Positions 58,081-64,000 of a DNA stretch of 64,000 nt are shown here, in pieces; position 1 is the first letter of the stretch; each line of letters opens with the position of its first letter. The notes under the pieces are model-generated. The model saw nothing but the letters and a program-made list of their open reading frames with translations. It did not search any database and had not been told where the DNA came from. Source of the DNA: an uncultured Clostridia bacterium (GTDB taxonomy: Bacteria > Bacillota > Clostridia > TANB77 > CAG-508); NCBI GenBank assembly GCA_944388605.1, contig CALXJJ010000003.1:3091-67090 (forward strand), in the 5' to 3' direction. The position numbers and the translations under genes were made by a program.

Positions 58081-60981
58081 TTATTTTTTTACTTCTTCCA
58101 TAACAAATACTTCTATGATGTCTCCTTCTTTTATATCATTATAATTTTCTATTTGCATACCACATTCAAAACCTTTGGTTACTTCTTTTACATCATCTTT
58201 AAATCTTTTTAATGACGCCAATTTTCCTTCATGAATAACTACATCATCTCTTATTACTCTTACTTCTGCATTTCTTTCTACTTTTCCAGAAAGTACATAA
58301 CCACCTGCTATTGTTCCTACATTTGAAACTTTAAATACTTGTCTAATTTCAACATTTCCAATAACTTTTTCTTCAAACACAGGATCTAAAAGTCCTTTCA
58401 TTGCAAGTTTTATGTCTTCTAATGCTTGATATATAACTGAATATTGTTTAATTTCAACATTTTCTTTTTCGGCAACTTCTTTAGCTATTGAAACAGGTCT
58501 TACATTAAATGCTAATATTATTGCATTTGCAACATTTGCCAAATTTACATCAGACTCATTTACTGCCCCTACAGCTGCATGTATTACTTTTACTCTTACT
58601 GATTCATCTGATAATTTTTCAATAGATTGTTTTAAAGCTTCTGCTGTTCCTTGTACATCTGCTTTAACTATAATATTTAATTGTTTAATATTTCCTTGTT
58701 CCATTTGACTAAATAGATTATCTAATGTAACTTTATTTATATTATTTATTGATTTCTCTCTTTGAGTTCTTTTTCTTCTTTCTATTAGATGTTTTGCCAT
58801 TTTTTCATTCTTTACTTCATAGAATGTATCTCCTGCTTCTGGCACTTCTGTTAATCCCATAATTTCAACTGGAGTCGATGGACCTGCACTTTTTACTTTT
58901 TGACCCTTATCATTTTTCATAGCTCTTATTCTACCAATTGCAGACCCTACTACTATTGTATCTCCTACATCTAATTTTCCTCTTTGAACTAACATTGATG
59001 CAATTGGTCCTCTTGATTTGTCAAGTCTTGCTTCTATTACAACACCTTTTGCTTGCTTATTTGGATTTACTTTTAAATCTTGCATATCTGCTACTAATAG
59101 TACCATTTCTAATAAATTTTCTATATTAATATGTTTTTTAGCAGAAATTGGAACAAATATAGTATCTCCTCCCCATTCTTCTGGAACTAAATCATATTTC
59201 ATTAATTCTTGTTTTATTTTTTCTACATCTGCTCCTGGGAGATCTATTTTATTCACTGCTACTATTATTGGTATTTCTGCTGCTTTTGCATGATTTATAG
59301 CTTCTACTGTTTGTGGCATAACACCATCATCTGCTGCTACAACTAAAATAGCAATATCTGTTATTTGTGCTCCTCTTGCTCTCATTGATGTAAATGCTTC
59401 ATGTCCAGGAGTATCTAAAAATGTTATTTCTCTTCCATTTACATTTACTTTATATGCACCAATATGTTGTGTAATACCTCCTGCTTCTCCTTCTATTACA
59501 TTTGTACTTCTTACTGCATCAAGAAGTGAAGTCTTACCATGGTCAACATGCCCCATTACTACTACTACTGGTGGTCTAGCAACTAATTCTTCCTCTTTAT
59601 CTTCAGATTCATCAAACAATATATCTTCTTCTTTTACAACCTCTTTTTTGTGTGCTGTAACTCCAAATTCCTCTGCTACTAAAAATGCTGTATCAAAATC
59701 TATTTCATTATTTATAGTAGCCATTACTCCATATCCTAATAATTTTTTTATTACTTCACTGCTAGTCTTTTTCAATTCTGTTGCTAAATCTTTTACTGTT
59801 ATAGTTTCTGGTATGGTTATTTCAGTTAATTTAAATATTTTTTGTTTGTTTCTTTCTTCATTATTTTTTTGCTTTTTCTTAGAACGTCTTCCTCTTTCTG
59901 TTGTCAAATCATAATAATCTAACATTCCACCTTCTTGATCATCAAACATATGTGACAATTTATCTACTTGTTTCAAATTTTTTAGTTTTCCTTCATCTAC
60001 TTCATCAAATCTTCCGTTTTTTCTGCCTCTATTAGTTTTCTTTGCCTTTTCTTCATACATCCTATTATTTTTTTCTTTATCTATAGCTCTTGTACTAAAA
60101 TCTCTTTGATTTTCTCTTTCTGGCATATCTGCAGACATTATATTCTTTATATTTTTGTCTATTCCTTTTTCATCTAATGGTCTATTTTTACTATATCCAT
60201 TTTTATTATTTCCATAGTTATTATTTCTATTAAAATTGCGTTGTCCATTTTGATTATTATCTTGTCTATTTCTATTATACCCTTGATTTTGATTATTTTT
60301 ATGGAAATTATTTTTTTGCCCATTTTGTTGATTATTTTGGTAATTATTATAACGGCTCTTATTTTGATTACTTTGATTTTTGTTAAACCTATTATTATTA
60401 TTATATCCATTATTTTGATTATTATTTCTGTTATTAACTAGTTTATTTTCTTTTTTCTCAACTTCTTGCTTTTCCACTTCTTTTTTATTTTCTTCTATAC
60501 TATTCTTTATTTCATCTTCTGCTTTTACTTCTTTTAGTTCATTTTTATTAATTTTCACTTTATCCTCTTTCTCATCTTTTTTATTTATTCCAAATAGTTC
60601 GTCAACTGTTAGTGGTTTTGCTGTCCTATTTCTATAAACTATATTGAAATCTTTATTTTTACTTCTCTCTACAAAACCTACATTTTCTCTTCTTTTGTTT
60701 TCTTGTTGTTTCTTTTCTTCTTGTTTATTCTCATCAGCAATAATTACTTCTCTACGAATTATAACTGGCGCTTCTTTTTTTATTTCTTTTTTCTTCTTAG
60801 GTTCTTCTTCTTTTACTTTTCCAATATTTTTATATAATTTTCTTATTTGGTTTGCTTGCTCTTCTTCTACACCACTTAAATGGCTTTTTACCTCAAAACC
60901 TAATTCTTGTGCTTTTTCTAATATTTCTTTACTGGTTAAGCCTAATTCTTTCGCTATTTCATGTATTTTAATCTTACCCAA
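58081..60981 (-). CDS. infB: Translation initiation factor IF-2 with an Asn/Gln-rich low-complexity insert
   Basis: G domain [12 protein letters not shown]...DTPGHEAF...NKID. The probable TTG start at 60981 follows GGGGGTGA; the track GTG start is at 60996. Confidence 0.95.
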   Translation of the reverse strand: MGKIKIHEIAKELGLTSKEILEKAQELGFEVKSHLSGVEEEQANQIRKLYKNIGKVKEEEPKKKKEIKKEAPVIIRREVIIADENKQEEKKQQENKRRENVGFVERSKNKDFNIVYRNRTAKPLTVDELFGINKKDEKEDKVKINKNELKEVKAEDEIKNSIEENKKEVEKQEVEKKENKLVNNRNNNQNNGYNNNNRFNKNQSNQNKSRYNNYQNNQQNGQKNNFHKNNQNQGYNRNRQDNNQNGQRNFNRNNNYGNNKNGYSKNRPLDEKGIDKNIKNIMSADMPERENQRDFSTRAIDKEKNNRMYEEKAKKTNRGRKNGRFDEVDEGKLKNLKQVDKLSHMFDDQEGGMLDYYDLTTERGRRSKKKQKNNEERNKQKIFKLTEITIPETITVKDLATELKKTSSEVIKKLLGYGVMATINNEIDFDTAFLVAEEFGVTAHKKEVVKEEDILFDESEDKEEELVARPPVVVVMGHVDHGKTSLLDAVRSTNVIEGEAGGITQHIGAYKVNVNGREITFLDTPGHEAFTSMRARGAQITDIAILVVAADDGVMPQTVEAINHAKAAEIPIIVAVNKIDLPGADVEKIKQELMKYDLVPEEWGGDTIFVPISAKKHINIENLLEMVLLVADMQDLKVNPNKQAKGVVIEARLDKSRGPIASMLVQRGKLDVGDTIVVGSAIGRIRAMKNDKGQKVKSAGPSTPVEIMGLTEVPEAGDTFYEVKNEKMAKHLIERRKRTQREKSINNINKVTLDNLFSQMEQGNIKQLNIIVKADVQGTAEALKQSIEKLSDESVRVKVIHAAVGAVNESDVNLANVANAIILAFNVRPVSIAKEVAEKENVEIKQYSVIYQALEDIKLAMKGLLDPVFEEKVIGNVEIRQVFKVSNVGTIAGGYVLSGKVERNAEVRVIRDDVVIHEGKLASLKRFKDDVKEVTKGFECGMQIENYNDIKEGDIIEVFVMEEVKK

Positions 60982-61291
60982 TAACTTCACCCCCACTAAT
61001 TAATTCTTGTATTTTTCTTGAAAAATTAACATCTGTAATTCCCACCATTTTCTTATTTTTCTTTCCTATTGATAAACTTATTTCTTCCATATTAGAATAC
61101 TCAATATATTGAACATTATTTATATTACATAAAAACTTGATATTTGACTTAGTCTTTTCTGATGCATCTTTAGCTATTATTAAAAGATATATTTTCTTTT
61201 TACTTATATATTGTTTGCATGCTTCATATCCAAATACAATCTTACCTGCTTTTGTAGCTAATCCCATCATTCCTAATACTTTATTTGTCAA
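60974..61291 (-). CDS. ylxQ: L7Ae-family RNA-binding protein YlxQ
   Basis: [38 protein letters not shown]. The start is uncertain: TTG at 61291 or ATG at 61270/61267. Confidence 0.8.
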   Translation of the reverse strand: MTNKVLGMMGLATKAGKIVFGYEACKQYISKKKIYLLIIAKDASEKTKSNIKFLCNINNVQYIEYSNMEEISLSIGKKNKKMVGITDVNFSRKIQELISGGEVIG

Positions 61292-61550
61292 TTATTACAC
61301 CTCTCAAATTTTCATATATTTCTTCACTTATTTTAGTTTCAAAAGTTCGTTCCAATCTTTTTGTTTTAATTGCTTTTTCTAAACATTCTACATTATCGCA
61401 AATATATGCTCCTCTTCCATTAGCTTTACCTGTTCTATCTATAAAAATTTGGCTTTCTTTATTTTTTACAATCCTTATTAAATCTTTTTTATCTTTTTTT
61501 TCATTGCACCCTATACATGTTCTTTGAGGTATTTTTCTCAAGCTTTTCAC
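61281..61550 (-). CDS. ylxR: YlxR/RnpM (DUF448) RNA-binding protein
   Basis: KIPQRTCIGCNEKKDKKDLIRIV...GRGAYIC. Confidence 0.88.
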   Translation of the reverse strand: MKSLRKIPQRTCIGCNEKKDKKDLIRIVKNKESQIFIDRTGKANGRGAYICDNVECLEKAIKTKRLERTFETKISEEIYENLRGVIIDK

Positions 61551-61562
61551 TCCCCTTAATTA

Positions 61563-62693
61563 TTATTCTTCTTCAAGTTTGTCTTCAGAATTATTTTTTC
61601 TTTCTTCTAATAATTTTCTAAATTGAGTTTCACTTTTAATATCAATTTTCCAATTAGTTAATTTTGCAGCTAGTCTTGCATTTTGTCCTGATTTACCAAT
61701 TGCTAAAGATAATTGGTCATCTGGAACTATTACTTGTGCAAATTTTTCATTTTCTTTAATATCTACTGCTAGAACCTTTGCTGGAAGTAATGCTTCTGAT
61801 ATATATATACTAGGATCACTATTCCACTCTATTACATCTATTTTTTCTCCTGATAATTCATTTATAATATTTTGTATTCTTATTCCTTTTTGCCCAACAC
61901 ATGAACCTACAGGATCTATATTTTCATCTGGTGAATAAACTGCTACTTTACTTCTATATCCTGGATCTCTTGCTATACTCTTTATTTCAATTACACCTTC
62001 ATAAATTTCTGGTATTTCCAATTCAAATAATTTCCTTACAAAATCATTTGCAGTTCTTGATACCATAACTTGTGGTGAACCTTTAAGTCCTTTTTCTACA
62101 TCTAATACATATGCTCTTATTTTATCATTTACATGATATTTTTCTGTTGGCATTTGTTCTTTCTGAGGCATTATTCCTTCTAGTCTCCCTAAATCTATTA
62201 CCACTATATTACCATCTGCTTTTTGTACAATACCAGAAACTATTTCACCTTTTCTTTCATTAAATTCATTATATAGAAAATTTCTTGAAGCTTCTCTTAT
62301 TTTTTGTATAATAACTTGTTTAGCTGTTCCTGCAGCAATTCTTCCAAAATCCCTTGGTATTATTTCTATTTGAACAATATCTCCAACTTCATATTTTTTA
62401 TCTATTTCTTTTGCTTCTTTTAAAGAAATTTGTACTTTTTCATCTGTCAATTCATCTACAACTTCTTTTTCAGCATAAACATGTATCTCACCTGTTCCTC
62501 TATCCATTACAACTTTTACATTATCTGCTGTAGAATCAAAATTTCTTTTATATGCTGTAATCAGTGCTGTTTCTATGGTTTGTAACATTTCTTCTTTATC
62601 AACACCGTTTTCTTTTTCTAAATCATCAATTGCTTCAATTAATTCTTTATAATTTATTAACTTGCTAGTCACCTTATTTTCCTTTTTTTTCAT
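61563..62693 (-). CDS. nusA: Transcription termination/antitermination factor NusA
   Basis: S1 domain followed by two KH domains (GSCVGQKGIRIQNI...AIGKSGQNARLAAKLT). The ATG at 62693 is preferred; the track TTG at 62720 overlaps the rimP stop. Confidence 0.93.
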   Translation of the reverse strand: MKKKENKVTSKLINYKELIEAIDDLEKENGVDKEEMLQTIETALITAYKRNFDSTADNVKVVMDRGTGEIHVYAEKEVVDELTDEKVQISLKEAKEIDKKYEVGDIVQIEIIPRDFGRIAAGTAKQVIIQKIREASRNFLYNEFNERKGEIVSGIVQKADGNIVVIDLGRLEGIMPQKEQMPTEKYHVNDKIRAYVLDVEKGLKGSPQVMVSRTANDFVRKLFELEIPEIYEGVIEIKSIARDPGYRSKVAVYSPDENIDPVGSCVGQKGIRIQNIINELSGEKIDVIEWNSDPSIYISEALLPAKVLAVDIKENEKFAQVIVPDDQLSLAIGKSGQNARLAAKLTNWKIDIKSETQFRKLLEERKNNSEDKLEEE

Positions 62694-62713
62694 TTTTTCA
62701 TCATTCCCTTCTT

Positions 62714-63169
62714 TTACCAATCATATTTCAACTTTATAAGTGATATATTATTCCTTTCTAAAATGATTTCTCTATCTTTACATTTAATTACTATATTATT
62801 TTCAGTAAATCCCTTAAGTATGCCATTTATCTGTTTCCTTTCATTTACTGGCTTAAACAAATTGATTTGTATTTCACTTCCAATATTATCTTTTAAATGT
62901 TTATCTTTCCTTAGTATTCTTTCAATTCCTGGTGATGATACTTCTAAAAAATATTGTTCTTTTATATAATTCGCATCATCTAGAATATCATTTATACCAT
63001 TGTTTACTTTTTCGCAATCTTCTAAACTTATACCTGTTTTATTATCAATATATATCCTAAGGAAGTAATCTTTTCCTTCTTTCAAATATATACAATCATA
63101 AAGTTCATATCCAAGGCTTTCGATTATAGGTTTTATTAATTTTTCTACTTTATCTTCTATATTTGACAA
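62714..63169 (-). CDS. rimP: Ribosome maturation factor RimP
   Basis: IIESLGYELYDCIYLKEGKDYFLRIYID...ISLEDCEKV...LEVSSPGIERIL. Confidence 0.92.
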   Translation of the reverse strand: MSNIEDKVEKLIKPIIESLGYELYDCIYLKEGKDYFLRIYIDNKTGISLEDCEKVNNGINDILDDANYIKEQYFLEVSSPGIERILRKDKHLKDNIGSEIQINLFKPVNERKQINGILKGFTENNIVIKCKDREIILERNNISLIKLKYDW

Positions 63170-63256
63170 TTTTTTCCTCCTTACTTGAGATTTCTTATTA
63201 ATTACAGAACTTTTACATACTATATATAATTTTTTCTAACTACAACTTAAAAGTTA

Positions 63257-63277
63257 AGAGTGGGATTTTCCCACTCT
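63257..63277 (-). terminator. Short G+C-rich hairpin between the rlmB-like gene and rimP
   Basis: AGAGTGGG-ATTTT-CCCACTCT. On the minus strand it is followed by UAACUUUU. Confidence 0.45.
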
Positions 63278-63342
63278 CTTGTGTTTCTATTAAATTGCTA
63301 TACATATTATACTACCAATATTAGTAAAAATCAACCCTTTTT

Positions 63343-64000
63343 TTATAATTTCTTGCCTCTCCTTGCCTCTACAACTTTATACATTATTATTCCTGCTGAT
63401 ACTGATGCATTTAGTGATGTTATCTTCCCATTCATAGGTATTTTTACTAAGAAGTCACAATTATTTTTTACTCTATTTGATATTCCTCTTCCTTCATTTC
63501 CTATAACTATTGCTATTGGCATATTATAATCTTGTTTGTCATAACATGTATTAGTATTTATATCTGTTCCAATTATCCAAAGTCCTTCTTTTTTTATCAT
63601 TTCTATTGTATCAGAAATATTTGTTACTCGTGCTATTTTCATATATTCTACTGCACCTGCTGAAGTTTTATTTACTGTACTATTTACACTTGCTGATCTC
63701 CTTTTTGGTATTATAATTCCATGAACTCCCGCTGTTTCTGCAGTTCTTATAATTGATCCTAAATTATGCGGATCTTCTATACCATCTAATATTAGTATAA
63801 ATGGTATCTCATTTCTTTCTTTTGCAACTTTTAATATATCCTCAACATCACAATATTCATAAGGTGGAACTATAGCAATTACTCCTTGATAATTAGTATT
63901 TTCTGCTATTTTATCCATTTGCCTTCTATCTTTTTCTATTATTATAACTTTCTTATCTTTTGCTTTTTGTATTATTTTATTTATTGAACCATGTTTTTCT
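63343..64000 (-). CDS. rlmB: SpoU/TrmH-family rRNA 2'-O-methyltransferase (RlmB-like); 5' end lies outside the window
   Basis: HQGVIAIV...ILDGIEDPHNLGSIIRTAETAGVHGIIIP...IPMNGKITSLNASVSAG. The frame stays open upstream of the track start (…EKHGSINKIIQKAKDKKVIIIEKDRRQ-MDK) to position 64000. Confidence 0.75.
   Translation of the reverse strand, partial: EKHGSINKIIQKAKDKKVIIIEKDRRQMDKIAENTNYQGVIAIVPPYEYCDVEDILKVAKERNEIPFILILDGIEDPHNLGSIIRTAETAGVHGIIIPKRRSASVNSTVNKTSAGAVEYMKIARVTNISDTIEMIKKEGLWIIGTDINTNTCYDKQDYNMPIAIVIGNEGRGISNRVKNNCDFLVKIPMNGKITSLNASVSAGIIMYKVVEARRGKKL

Noticed and set aside
60174-60441. Two Ile-rich ORFs (78 aa and 66 aa) inside infB.
   Set aside because: They are alternative-frame and antisense readings of the AAT/AAC/CAA-rich tract that encodes the N/Q-rich segment of IF-2.
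1-64000. I looked for CRISPR arrays, transposases or IS elements, prophage genes, and restriction or toxin-antitoxin modules.
   Set aside because: No regularly spaced direct repeats and no ORFs with such signatures were seen. The Lon-like protease sits in a housekeeping tsaEB-rimI context with no BREX-like partners.

Overview
This is a very AT-rich chromosomal segment from a low-GC, endospore-forming Firmicute. It looks Clostridia-like: it carries spoIVA, a gerA-type germinant receptor operon, whiA, a Spo0E-like gene, a DUF421/DUF4363 pair and the asd-dapA-dapB genes. Positions 3.4-19.35 kb (minus strand) hold the complete S10-spc-alpha ribosomal-protein supra-operon, rpsJ through rplQ, including secY, adk, map, infA, rpmJ and rpoA. 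The right end (55.7-64 kb, minus strand) holds rimP-nusA-ylxR-ylxQ-infB-rbfA-nrnA-truB. Between them are housekeeping genes: metG, tRNA-Trp, whiA, prmC, proS, tsaE-tsaB-rimI, a Lon-like protease, rnr, secG, mutS2, disA and radA. I saw no CRISPR array, transposase, phage genes or recognisable defence or toxin system. The features that the gene map does not explain are all non-coding. (1) G+C-enriched, multi-hairpin elements sit in spacers of the genome. At least two related repeat families have copies I could align by eye, and four 150-180 nt structured inserts lie inside the normally tightly packed r-protein operon. (2) A roughly 215-nt structured leader follows a consensus promoter in front of rpsJ. 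(3) A roughly 200-nt rod-shaped candidate sRNA upstream of radA has its own promoter and a U-tract. (4) A 1.9-kb decayed non-coding island lies next to tRNA-Trp and contains a frameshifted, G+C-richer gene relic. (5) gerAA carries a single-base frameshift while gerAB and gerAC are intact. Every structural claim comes from manual base-pair inspection; no folding, homology search or covariation analysis was possible.
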